A stretch of 64,000 bases of DNA from Mobula hypostoma (lineage: Eukaryota), in NCBI RefSeq assembly GCF_963921235.1, contig NC_086101.1, positions 110,050,001-110,114,000 on the forward strand, read 5' to 3'. The notes beneath the pieces are model-generated. The model had not been told where the DNA came from and searched no databases. It saw nothing but the letters and a program-made list of their open reading frames with translations. The position numbers and the translations under genes were made by a program. Positions 34,448 through 47,500 of this stretch are shown piece by piece (the first letter of the stretch is position 1; each line of letters opens with the position of its first letter).

Positions 34448-35739
34448 GTAACCTGCATTCTCTGTCCTTGCTGATCCCTGTCCGACGGAATGAATCACAT
34501 GAGCTTCCCGTTTGACTTGGTGTACTGTTTATGTACCGTCCACAGTCAAACACAATCTGGGGCTCTGAATGATGGTTCCAGACTTTGTAACACCCCATCC
34601 TCCTCCACTGAAAACTCTACCACGGTGATTCTCAGCATGCCGAGCCCATCCATCCCTCTCAGGTCCCCTTCGGAAAACAGGAGCAGGATTAGGCTACTCG
34701 GCCCCTCAAATAAGCCTCAGCTTTTAGTGAAACTTCAGCAGATGTACCCCAGGCCTCATCTCACTTTCCCTGCCATTTGCAAGGAGCCTCAATATCGAAG
34801 TGTTGGAAAGTCCAACCCCTTCCGATCTGAAATGCTCCAGAAGATTTTGCAAAGAATTCCAGAGATGCACCAACTTTTGCAGCAGTTTTAAATTACCACC
34901 TCCTCCCAGGGACATGAAGGGAGTGGAGATATCTTTATGTAGCCAGGTTAGTTAACTGTGCCATTACTAGTTTTATTGGATCAGTACAAAATCATGGGCC
35001 GAAGGGCCTTTTCCTGTGAAATCCTGCTCTTTACTCAGTGGCCACTCTACTTCGTGCAAAAGTGGAACCCAGTGTTGTCTCCACGTTCAATTTCACATTA
35101 ATCATCACATATCCATACAGGTGTATATAGTTAAACAAATTACCATTTGAAACAGCTCGTCCTGCCCATCCACTTCAAGATTAGGTGTGTTGTGCATTCA
35201 GTGATGCTCTTCTGCACTCCACTGTTGGAATGTGTCCACATTTCATTCACTGTCACCTTGAACCAGACTGCTCATTCTCCTCTCATCCCTCACATTAACC
35301 AGGTGCTTCCACCCACAGAACATCTACTCACAATTTGACATGTATTATTCACACTATTCTCTGTAAAGCCTAGAGACTGTTGTGCATGTAATTCACAGGA
35401 GATCAACTGTTTCAGAGATACTCAGTCTAATGTCCAAGTAAGTTCAATCACATTTCTTCCCCATTCAGAGATTTGGTTTGAACATCTGAACCTCGACCAT
35501 AGAACATAGAACATACAATAGTACAGCACAGTCCAGGCCCTTCTGCCCACAATGTTGTGCCGACCCTCAAACACTGCCTCCCATATAACCCCCTACCTTA
35601 AATTCCTCCATACACCTCCATATAATTACATGGTTTTTTTGCATTGAGTTTGTGCCATATATCTGGTTGATTAAACATTTGCATTAGCCAGCAGGTGCAC
35701 AGCTACAGCTAATATGATAGCTGCTAAGTGTCCATAAGA

Positions 35740-38700
35740 CCATAAAACACAGGAGCAGAATGAGGCTTTTCAGCCCATAGATTCTGCTCTGCTATTCCAT
35801 CATGGCTGATCCCGGATCCCACCAACCCACCCACCTTCTTGCCATATACTTTGATGCTCTGACTGATTAGGAAATGATCGCCTTCTGCCTGAAATATGCC
35901 CACAGACTTGACCTCTCCTTCAGTCTGTGGCAGAGCATTCCATAGATTTACTACTCTCAGCTAAAAAAATTCCTCCTTACCTCTTTTCTAAAGGGTCGAC
36001 CCTCAGTTTTGAGGTTGTGCCCTCTAGTTCTGGATACAGGCACCATAGGAAACATCCTCTCCATATGCGCCCTGTCTAGTCCTTGGAACATTCTGTAGGT
36101 TTCAATGAGATCCCTATGAATTCTTCTAAATCGCAGCGAGTATCGTCCCAAAGCTGCCAAACGCTCCTCATATGTTAACCCCTTCATTTCCACAATTATC
36201 CCCATGAACCTCCTCTGGATTCTTACCATTGACAACACATCCTTTCTGAGATATGGAGCCCAAAACTGTTGACAGTAGTCCAAGTGCGGCCTGACTAGTG
36301 CCTTCTAAAGCCTCACCATTATCTGCTTGAAATAAATGCCAACATTGCACTTGCCTTCTTACCCAGAGAATTAACCTTCTGGGTGTCCTGCATGAGGACT
36401 CCAAGGTCCATTTGCACCTCTGTTGCTTGAATTTTCTCTCTATTTAAAGAATAGAACGCACTATTGTTCCTTTTACTAAAAAGCACTAGCATACATTTCC
36501 CAACATTGTATTTCATCTGCCACTTTTTTTGCTCACTGTTCCAATTTGTCTATGTCCTGCTGCAATTACATTGCTTCCTCAGCACTACCCATTTCTCCAG
36601 CTATCTTTGTATCATCTGCAAACTGTGCCACAAAGCCATCAATTCCATTATCTAAATCATTCACAAATAATTTGAAAAGTATCGGTCCCAAAACTGACCC
36701 TTGAGGAGCACCATGTGTCTCTGGCAGCCAAGCAGAAAAGGCCTTTTTTGTCCGGTTGCTGCCTCCTGCCTGTCAGCCATTCCTCTATCCATGTCAGTAC
36801 TTCCTCAAAGCACACTAATAGATTAGTAATGTACTCCAACACTTTCCCAACCACTAAGGTTTGGCTAACTGCCCTATCATTTCCTCTCTTTTGTCATCCT
36901 CCCTTCTTAAAGAATGTAGAGACATTTGCAATTTTCCAGTCTTCCAGGACCATGCAGAAATCAAGTTGATTCTTGAAAGATCACGACCAATGCATCCACT
37001 CTCAGTACTCTGGAATGTCGTCCATCTGGCCCAGGTGACTTGCCCACCTTAACACCTTTGAGTTTTCTTAGCACTTTTTCCTTTGCAATAGCAATAGCAC
37101 TCACTCCTGCTGTCTGACAGTCACGGACTTCCGGCACTCTGCTAGTATCTTCCACAGTGAAAACTGATGCAGAGTACCCATTTAGTTCATTTGCCATTTC
37201 TTTGTCCCCCGTTGCTACCTCACCAGCATCATCTTTGAGTGGTCCAATATCAATGCTAACCTCCCTTTCAGTCTTTATATAACTGAAAAAACTTTTGGTA
37301 TCCTGCTTTATATGATTTGATACTCTGCCCTCATATTTAATCTTTTCCCTTCTTATAGCTTTGACTTTTGTTGAATTTTAAAAGCTTCCCAATTGCCCAA
37401 ATTTCCACTCACTTCTGCAAGCTTGTATGTCCTTTCTTTGGCTTTTATGCTGTTTTTAAGTTTCTTCGTCAGCCAAGGTTGACTACCCCTGCCATGTGAG
37501 AACGTCTGCGGGATATAACTATCCTGCGCCTTCTGAAATATTCCCAGAAACTTCCGCCATCTCCGCTCTGCTGTGTGCCCCGCCAGTATCCTCCCCCAAT
37601 TCAGCTGGGCAATCTCCTCTCTCATTCCTCTGTGATTCCCATTATTCCATTGCGATACTGGTACATGTGTTATGCTTCTCCCAGTGAAACTGAATTCAAA
37701 AATATTATGATCACTGCCTCCTTAGATTCTTTTACGTTAAGCTGCTTAATAACATCTGGGTTAATACACAACACCCAATTTAAGATAGCCTTTCACCGAG
37801 TAAGCTCAAGGATAAGCTGCTCTAAAAAGCCACCTCGTAGGCATTGAACACATTCCCTATCTTGTGATCCAAACACCATTCTGATTTTTCCAATCCACTT
37901 GCAGATTGAAGTCCCCCATTACAATTGTATCATTATGCTTATTACATGCCTTTTCCCACTCCCTTTGCAATCTCAACCCCACATCCTGGCCATTATTTGG
38001 AGGCCTATATATGATTGCCATAATGGTTTTTATACCCTTGCGATTTCTTAACTCCACCCACAAGGATTCAACATTCTCTGACCCTATGTCATCTCTTTCT
38101 AAAGATGTAAATCTATATCTTCCCAACAGAGCCACACCACTGCCTATGCCTTCCTGCCTTTCTATGCCTTTATGCCTTTCGATATAAAGTATATCCCTGG
38201 ATGTTAAGCTCCCAGCTATGGCCTTCTTTCAGCCACGACTTAGTTATGTCCACAATGTCAAACTGACCATTCTCAATTGTGCCACGAGTTCCTGCACCTT
38301 ATTCTGAATGCGATGGGCATTTAAATACAACAGCTTCAGTCCTGCATTCTTCACCCTTTTGAACTTTGCCTCTGGGTACAATTTAACTCCTCGCTCTGTC
38401 TGCGTTTGTAGTCAATCATTGGCTTGTCCTTCCTTACATTTAACTTACACCCATCATCTACTTGTAAACCTGCTGGCTCAACCTCAGCTCTATCATCCTG
38501 GTGGCCATCATCCTGCCATATTAGTGTAAACTGCTCTCAACAGCTCTTGTCAGTCTTGCCAGAATAATTGCCCCCCTTCGATTCAAGTTCAACATGTCCC
38601 TGTTGTACAGGTCCCACCTGCCCCAGAAGAGGTCCCCATTGTCCAGAAATCTAAACCCCTGCTCCTGCTCGAATTCAATCCTGTATTTGTCTGCCACCTC

Positions 38701-39526
38701 ATTCTATTCCTATCCTCACTGTCGGTGGCACAGGTAGCAATCCAGAGATTACTACCCTTGAGCTCCTGCTTCCCAGCTTCCTTCCTAACTTTTATCAGAA
38801 TATCCTCGCTTTCTCTTCCCATGTTGTCTGTACCAATATGTACCACTACTTCTGGCTGCTCACCCCACAACCCTTTTCATGTTATTGTGGGCACATCCAG
38901 AAACATCTCAGACCCTGGCACCTGGGAGGAAAATTACTACTGTATCTGTGTTTCCTTTTTGCGTCCACGGAATCATCTATCTGTCCCCCTGACTATAGAG
39001 TCCCTTGTTACTGCTGCCAGCCTCTTCAGTTCCCTACCCTTCTGAGTCACAGGGCCCAACTCAGTGCCAGAGGCACGGCCGTGGTTGTTTCCCCCCAGCT
39101 AGGTCATTCCCTCCCTCCCCCAACAGTATTCAAAATGGGGTACTCAAAGTGGTGACTACATCCCTGTAGCTTCTGTGTTTCACTGCTTCACTTTCCCCAA
39201 CAAGCCGAAGGTTATTGAGCTGTAGCTCCAGATCCCCAACACTGTGTCTAAGGAGCTGCATCTCGATGCACCTGCGCAGATGTGGCCATTGGGAAGACAG
39301 GGAGTCTCCTGGAAATACCACATCTGATTATGAGAACAGTACACCGGCTCTGTAGATGTACATCCTCTCTAGAATTGAATAAGGAATAAGGAATGAAGTT
39401 ACCTTGACTCCACCTGTTCTTGCCTAAGCTTTGTTTGGGCCAAAGCCTTCAACTCTGACTCACTGCTCCCACGATGACTGCTTGGCTAGGTGGAACCTCT
39501 CCTTTATAGAGACTGGGTTTCCCATC
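35740..39526 (-). mobile_element. Degraded, near-full-span CR1 LINE in the last intron of gene A
   Basis: Minus ORFs with RT remnants, endonuclease remnants (37857..38135), ORF1 esterase (PEVVVHIGTD, 38589..38870) and zinc-finger remnants (39130..39321). Confidence 0.85.
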
Positions 39527-40310
39527 GAAAAGCTTTGTCAGACCTGTGCAGGAACTCTCCTGTCACGTCTGCACAGTACTCCAGTCAATCACTCCGCTCT
39601 GTGTTCTCTGGGGTGCTGCTCAGCAGCATATTCCCAGCACCACAGAGATGGGTACAGACCATTGCTCACCACGTCCGTCTGCTCATCAGCACTCGGTGCA
39701 CAATATTGTGCCTGAGGCTTTTGCACAGTGCTGTAGTAATTTAATGAATTATACTCTACTGTGCCAAAAAATAAAACACATTTCCTGATATAAGTGAGTG
39801 ATGATATGCCTGATTCTACTATGGGTTTCTAATGTGGACCAAGAGTGAGAAGGTGGCAGGGAGAGGGGAATTATTGTTGGGAAAAGGGGAACGCAGAGGG
39901 GAAAGAGCTGGAAGCAGCAGAGAGACATTCCACAATGACCAATAAAGCAATTGTCTGGAATCAGACTGGACCTTGCCTGGTGTCTCAGGGCTGGGTGTGT
40001 CTGCACCAGTGCTACCCCAGCACTCCTTCTCTGCCACCTATACTATGTCCCTCCTACAACGCTCCACTCTCAATATTCCATACATCCTTCGCTGCCCGTA
40101 GATTTACAAACTCCCACTCTGCTCCATGTTGACAAACACAGTACTATGCAAAAGTCTCAGGCGCCCTCGCTGCAGTGCATGTATGAGCCTAAGAATTTTT
40201 CACAGTACTATTCTGCTGTCACCTGCTTGGATAAGCAGATGTCCTGACTACCAGTCGCACCATCTCTGCCGATTGAGTTCACAATTAAGAATCCATCCGC
40301 CTGTTTCCAG

Positions 40311-40363
40311 ATGCCAACACACAGAGAGTGAACAAGGAGACAGTCCAGGAGACCCAGCTCTGA
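40311..40363 (+). CDS. Gene A terminal exon (D)ANTQRVNKETVQETQL*
   Basis: CCTGTTTCCAG| acceptor; phase 1 matches the TM exon; similarity between copies drops after the stop codon. Confidence 0.6.
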
Positions 40364-41787
40364 GAATGAATTCTCCCAGATAGTTTCGGGACAGAATGTG
40401 TAACCCTGGTCTGGGCACCGGGTGAAATGGAGATCACTCAACAATGCCAAGTGAGGTCACGTCACAGTGACAGAGATAGAAGCGATAGGGACAGAGGCCA
40501 ATCTTAGCATCCCTGTGATCGTATCTCTTCCAAGTATGTACAGTTTCTATGCAACATCTCATTGTTATCCGTGTAAAAAAAAAACCCAGAACTAGTTTCC
40601 AAATACGTGGGATATTTTCATAGCTTGAATAGCCAATACTGTTTAATGGTGTTGGCATTTATTTTGAACTGTTTCTTCTTTAGTTTTGTTGCTGAATATA
40701 TTAATAGTGCAATGCCATAAACACAGGGCATTGAAAGTTGCTGGAAATCCAAAAGAACATGCACAGAATGTTGGAGGAGCTCTGCAGGTCAAGATGCATC
40801 AATCGAAATGAATATACAGTTACAATTTCAGGCTGAAACCCTTCTTCTGCACTGAGAAGGAGGGGGTTGTTGCCAGAATGAAAAGGTGGGGGATGGGAAA
40901 GAGAACTAGTTGGAAGGTGATAGTTGAGGTCAGGAGGGTGCGGAACTTATAGGGCTGGAGAACAAGGAATCTGATATAGGAGTGGAGTGTAGACCATGAG
41001 GGATAGTGAAGAAGGGGTGCACCAGAGGGAGTTGATTGGACTACTTAGGAGAAGGGGTAAGAGGCCAGAGTGAGGAATAGAGGGAAAATATTGGAAGGAG
41101 GAATCGATGTTCATGCCGCTAGTTTGGAGTATACCTCTCACCACCTGGTCTCATGTAAAAGTGCAATTCCCTTTCCTCAGTTCCTTCGTCTATACCATCT
41201 GCACTTCATCCACCACACTGTTCCCAGGATGAGGATTTCCCTTGCAGGACACCAGAGATGTCTTCTTTCTCAAACTGGGTTTGAGTTGATGTTTCCAACA
41301 CCCACATCTCCTCGATTTCCCATATATCCACACTTACACCATCTTCCAGTAGTTTTAGCTTGGATAGCATTCCACATGTCCTCAATTATCACCACATTTG
41401 CCTGCACATCCAACACAAAGTTCACCATCTTCAATGGCATCCCGCCGCCATACGGATCTTTATCTCCTCACCCTCACCGTCCACGCTTCGCAGGGCTCGC
41501 TCCTTCCATAATTTCCTGTTTATTCCACCATCCCTATTACTCTCGCTCCTGCCCTTCTGGCTCATATCCCGCAAGTGAAAGAAGTGCTTCATCTGCCAAT
41601 TCAACTTCCTTTCTAACCTTGAGTCAGGGCCCCAAGTAGTCCTTACAGTTGAGGCCTCACTTCACCTGCAAATCTGCTGGGCTCTTCTATTCGATGCAAC
41701 CGCACCAAATCGTGGTGAGACCGGGGGTGAATTTGCTGACCATTTTCACCAGCAACTGCTCTCCATCTGTGTTTAACCATTTTAATT

Positions 41788-44555
41788 AGAACATAGAATA
41801 GTACAGCACAGTACAGGCCCTTCGGCCCACATTGTTGTGCCAACCCTCAAATCCTGCCTCCCATATAACCTCCTGCCTTAAATTCCTCTATATACCTGTC
41901 TAGTAGTCTCTTAAATTTCACTAGTGTATCTGTCTCCACCACTGACTCAGGCAGTGTATTCCATGCACCAACTACTTTCTAGGTAAAAAACCTTCCTCTA
42001 ATATCCTCCTTGAACTTCCCACCCCTTACCTTAAAGCCATGTCCTCTTATATTGAGCAGTGGTGCCCTGGGGAAGAGGTGCTGGCTATCCACTCTATCTA
42101 TTCCTCTTAATATCTTGTATACCTCTATCATGTCTCCTCTCATCCTCCTTCTCTCCAAAGTGTAAAGCCTTAGCTCCCTTAATCTCTGATCATAATGCAT
42201 ACTCTCTAAACCAGGCAGCATCCTGGTAAATCTCCTCTGTACCCTTTCCAATGCTTCCACATCCTTCCTAAAGCGAGGTGACTAGAACTGGACACAGTAC
42301 TCCAAGTGTGGCCTAACCAGAGTTTTATAGAGCTGCATCATTACCTCACGACTCTTAAACTATATCCTTCAACTTATGAAAGCTAACACCCCATAAGCTT
42401 TCTTAACTACCCTATCCACCTGTGAGGCAACTTTCAGGGATCTGTGGACGTGTACCCCCCAGATCCCTCTGCTCCTCCACACTACCAAGTATCCTGCCAT
42501 TTACTTTGTACTCTGCCTTGGAGTTTGTCCTTCTAAAGTGTACCACCTCACACTTCTCCCGGTTGAACTCCATCTGCCACTTCTCAGCCCACTTCTGCAT
42601 CCTATCAATGTCTCTCTGCAATCTTTGACAATCCTCTACGCTATCTACAACACCACCAAGCTTTGTGTCGCCTGCAAACTTGCCAACCCACCCTTCTACC
42701 CCCACATCCAGGTCGTTAATAAAAATCACGAAAAGTAGAGGTCCCAGATCCGATCCTTGTGGGACGCCACTAGTCACAATCCTCCAATACGAATGTACTC
42801 CCTCCACCATGACCCTCTGCCTTCTGCAGGCAAGCCAATTCTGAATCCACCTGACCAAACTTCCCTGGACCCCATGCCTTCTGACTTTCTGAATAAGCCT
42901 ACTGTGTTGAACCTTGTCAAATGCCTTACTAAAATTCATATAGATCACATCCACTGCACTACCCTCATCTATAGTCCTGGTCACTTCCTCAAAGAACTCT
43001 ATCAGGGTTGTTAGACACGATCTGCCCTTCACAAAGCCATGCTGACTGTCCCTGATCAGAACATGATTCTTTAGATACCTATAGATCCTATCTCTAAGAA
43101 TCTTTTCCAACAGCTTTCCCACCACAGACGTAATGCTCACTGGTCTATAATTACCCAGACTATCCCTACTACCTTTTTTGAACAAGGGGACTACATTTGC
43201 CTCCCTCTAATCCTCCGGTACCATTCCCGTAGACAACGAAGACATAAAGATGCTAGCCAGAGACTCAGCAATCTCTTCCCTTGCCTCGTGGAGAAGCCTG
43301 GGGAATATTCCATCAGGCCCGGGGACTTATCCGTCCCAATGTATTTTAGTAACTTCAACACCTCCTCTCCCTTAATATCAACATGCTCCAGAACATCAAC
43401 CTCACTCATATTGTCCTCACCTTCATCAAGTTCCCTCTCATTGGTGAATACCGAAGAGAAGTATTCATTGAGGACCTCGCTCACTTCCACAGGTTCCAGG
43501 CACATCTTCCCAGCTTTATCTCTAATCGGTCCTACCTTCACTCCTGTCATCCTTTTGTTCTTCACATAATTGAAGAATGCCTTGGGGGTTTTCTTTACCC
43601 TACTGGCCAAGGCCTTCTCATGCCCCCTTCTTGCTCTTCTCAGCCTCTTCTCAAGCTCCTTTCTTGCTTCCCTATATTCCTCAATAGACCCATCTGATCC
43701 TTGCTTCCTAAACCTCATGTATGCTGCCTTCTTCCACCTGACTAGATTTTCCACCTCACTTGTCACCCATGGTTCCTTCACCCTACCATTCTTTATCTTC
43801 CTCACTTGGACAAATTTAACCCTAACATCCTGCAGGAGATCCCTAGAGGAGAAGATGGCGGCGTGACGCAGCGCGCGGTCTCTCCAGTGAAACGACATCA
43901 TATTTATTAAATAGAGGCCGTGCACTATCCTGATTTGATGGAGACGGACATGAGAAGCACGGAGGAATGTCTGGAGAAACTTCTGAGATGCCTGGTTCGC
44001 TGCCACTGCTGCTGTGCAATCGAGAATCTCCGGAGAGAAGGCCCCAAATCCTCGACTTTGCCTGTTGCTGGTGGCCGGGGCTGGGGTCGAAGCACTCAGC
44101 AGAGATGGTGCTCGGTGCTCAGTGTTGGAGGGCTGGTCGGAGGCTCGAAGTTTTCGGATGGACTGAGAGCCGGACTGTGGTTGGGTGCTTCCAGGATGCT
44201 GCATCGGTAAGTTTGCAGCGCTGGAAGCTCATGGCTGGGAAAGTTCTCTTCCTTCTACCGTCTGAGTGAGATGTTGGGACTTTCAAGAGACTTTGAGACT
44301 TTTTTTACCGTGCCCATGGTCTGTTCTTCTATCAAATTACGGTATTGCTTGCACTGTTGTAACTATATGTTATAATTATGTGGTTTTTGCCAGTTTTTCA
44401 GTCTTGGTCTGTCTTGTGTTTCTGTGCTATCACACTGGAGGAACATTGTATCATTTCTTAATGCATGCATTACTAAATGACAATAAAAAAGAGGACTGTG
44501 TGTCCTCATAAGCTAATCTAACCATCGACCACATGTCCATAGTACCTTCCCCTGC
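41788..44555 (-). mobile_element. CR1 LINE paralogous to 18124-22000, with its 5' part deleted; nested non-autonomous element at about 43846-44520
   Basis: Minus ORFs 41979..42260, 42412..43185 and 43191..44204; same insertion point as in unit A. Confidence 0.9.
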
Positions 44556-47500
44556 AAAGGGAAGTTCAAGGGGGATATTAGAGGAAGGTTTTTCAGAGAG
44601 TGGTTGGTGCGTGGAATGCATTGCCTGAGTCAGTGGTGGATGCAGATACACTAGTGAGGTTTGAGAGACTACTAGACAGGTATATGGAGGAATTTAAGGT
44701 GGGGGCTTGTATGGGAGGCAGGGTTTGAGGTTCAGCACAACATTGTGGGCCGAAGGGCCTGTAATGTGCTGTACTATTCTATGTTCTATATTCCGTCTAG
44801 GTAGCTTCATGGTCTAGGTAGAATGATTTCTCCAACTGGTAATTTTTTTCTCTCCCTTTTCCCGCTTCTATTCCGCACTGTTGCCTCGTACCCCTTCTAC
44901 ACACCTGTCAATCAATTCCCTGTGCCCCTCCTCCTTCCCCTTCTCCCATGGTCCGTTCTCCTCTCACATCAGGTTACTATCTCTCCAGCCCTTTACCTTT
45001 TCCACCCACCTTGCTTCACCTTCCACCTCCCAGCTCGTCCTCCTTCCCCTCCCCCACCTGTCTATCGTGCGATGTCATTCTGTACATCACAGGCCCGTCC
45101 CTCCCCACCGTCGGTAAAGACTACAGGAGGGGCCGCTTCAAGAAGGCAACATCCATCATTGAATACTCCCAGCACCCAGAGCATGCCAGCTGCTCACAGA
45201 CAGGAGGTACAGAAGCGTAAGGTCCCACATCACTGAGTTAAAGAAGACCTACTTCCTGAACCAACCAGCACAACCCTCATCACCAGAGCTCAGTGACATT
45301 TTGCCAACTGTGACTTTGCACTGAAATAGACTTCACTTTCTAATGAATTATATACAATAAATGTTTTGCTCGTGCATGCTGCTTATCTGATGCTACGTGT
45401 GTGTGATGTGGCTGTGAGCCAGTTTTTCATTTTATCTGTTCACACACCACACATAAAGTTCTTTAACATTAATCCTCAATATTACATCCTTCCTTTTCTT
45501 TTCTCAAAAGAATGCTAGCATTGCATTTGCCTTTTTCACCACAGATTAATGTGCAAATTAGCCTTTACAGAATCCTGCACAAGGATTCCCAGGTCCCTTT
45601 GCTGCTCAGAACTTTGACTTTTCTGATCAGCTAAAAATAGTATCTGCTTTTATTTCATTGAACGAAGTGCATGACCTCACACTTCCTGACACCATATTCT
45701 ATCAGCCACTACTTTGCCCATTCTCCTAGTTTGTCTAAAATGACATAGGATCTCTGCTTCCTCAAAGTTGCCTGTCCCTCCAGCTATTTTTGTAACAAAC
45801 TTAGGCACAAAGTCGTCATTTCTGTCATCCAAATCATTGATGTTTAATGTAAAAAGTCATTCCAACACCGACCCCTGTGGAACGCCATTCATCTCCAGGC
45901 AGCCAACTTAAAAGGCTCCTTTTATTCCCAATATGTGCCTTCGGCCCATCGGTCAATGTTTCATCCATGCTAATATCTTTCCTGTAATACCATCAGTTCT
46001 TAAATTGCTAAGCAACCTCATGTATGGCACATTGAGAAAGTTTTTCTGAAAATCCAAGTACATAACATCCATTGATTCTCCCTTGTTTATTGTGCTTGTT
46101 GTTTTCTCAAAGAATCAAAACAGGCAAGATTTACCCTGAAGTAGAACCATGCTAACTTTGTCCTATTACATCATGTGGCGTCACATTCTCTAAAACCATA
46201 ACTTTAATAATTGACTCCAACATCTTCCGAATCACTGAAGTCAGACTAACTTGCCAATAATTTTCTTTCTTCTGTCTTTCTCCCTTCTTGAAGAATGGAG
46301 AGATATTTGCAATTTTCCAGTCCAGTGGAACCTTGCCAGAGTCCATTGATTCTTGTAAGATCATTACTAAGCCTCAGCAATCTCCTCAGCCACCTCTTTC
46401 AGAACACTGGGGTGAAGATCATCTGGTCCAGGTGACTTATCTCACTTCAGAACTTTCAGTTTCCCAAAAAACTTCTCCCTAGTAATGACAAATTCACCAC
46501 CCACTGCCTCCGAAACTCTTGAACTTCCAGCGTACTGGTAATGTCTACAATACTCCCACAATGGTCATTCTTCCTCTGCTTTTACTTCATCTTATGAAGT
46601 TTGGTGGTGTCAGAGCAAAATAAGGTGCATTACCACCACCTGCTGAATAGGAGTGTAAAACAAAGAGACAGGAAGTATAAGTATGAAATCCACCATGTCC
46701 CCCAAAATATCTCAAGTAATATCAAGAAGTCTAATGCTTTTCAGAAAGTAAAATGCACACTCATATGCATGATATGATAGGAGTCATATCCTAATAAAAT
46801 TTCCAGCTTAATCTCCTCTGTCCCAAGGATTTCAATTTAGCAATTTGAAGTTTCCTTTGGTCCTCTTAGGAACTGCATTCAAGCAACATATACGGCACCA
46901 ATTCCTGATCAGTGCACTTCGTACAGATGCTGCTATTGTACGATCATAAGATATCAGAGCAAAGTTAGGCCATTCAGCCCACTGAGTCCACTCTGCCATT
47001 TCATCCTGACTGATCCAGATCCCATTCAACCCCACACATGTGCCCTCTCAAGATATTCCTTGATGCCCTGACCAATCAGGAATCTATCAACTTTCGCTTT
47101 AAATATACCCAAGGACATAGCCTCTACCACAGTCTTTGGCAGATCATTCCACAGATTCACCATTCTTTGGCTGAAAAAAATTCCTCCTCACATTTGTTGT
47201 AAAAGGTTGCCACTCAATGTTAAGGCTGTGCCCTCTAGTTCTGGATACCCCCACTAGAGGGCACATCCTCTCCACATTCACATTATCTAGTACTTTCAAC
47301 ATTCAGTAGGTTTCAATGAGATTCCCATGCATTCTTCAAAGTTCCAGTGAGTACAGGCCCAAAGTTGTCAAAACCCCCTCATATGTTAACTCCTTCCTTC
47401 ATGAAATCAACTTTGTGAACCTCATCTGGGCTCTCTCCATTGAAAATACATACTTTATGTGAAAGTGGGCCCAAAACTGTTTACAATACTCCAAATGAGG

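Larger units (their letters stand above)
11936..36092 (+). repeat. Segmental duplication unit A (about 24.2 kb)
   Basis: Colinear with 36093-56746: same order of CR1, MITE, tail exon, Penelope remnant, CR1s, SINE, promoter, L, V1, V2 and TM. Confidence 0.9.

Noticed and set aside
34490-34891. 133-aa ORF, also open in the paralogue 55131..55544, containing EPQYRSV/DPLYRNV as a possible long tyrosine-motif tail
   Set aside because: No phase-1 acceptor shared by both copies joins it to the TM exon. About 20 replacement versus about 4-5 silent differences (hand count) looks neutral, so staying open in both copies can be chance. A vestigial tail cannot be fully excluded.
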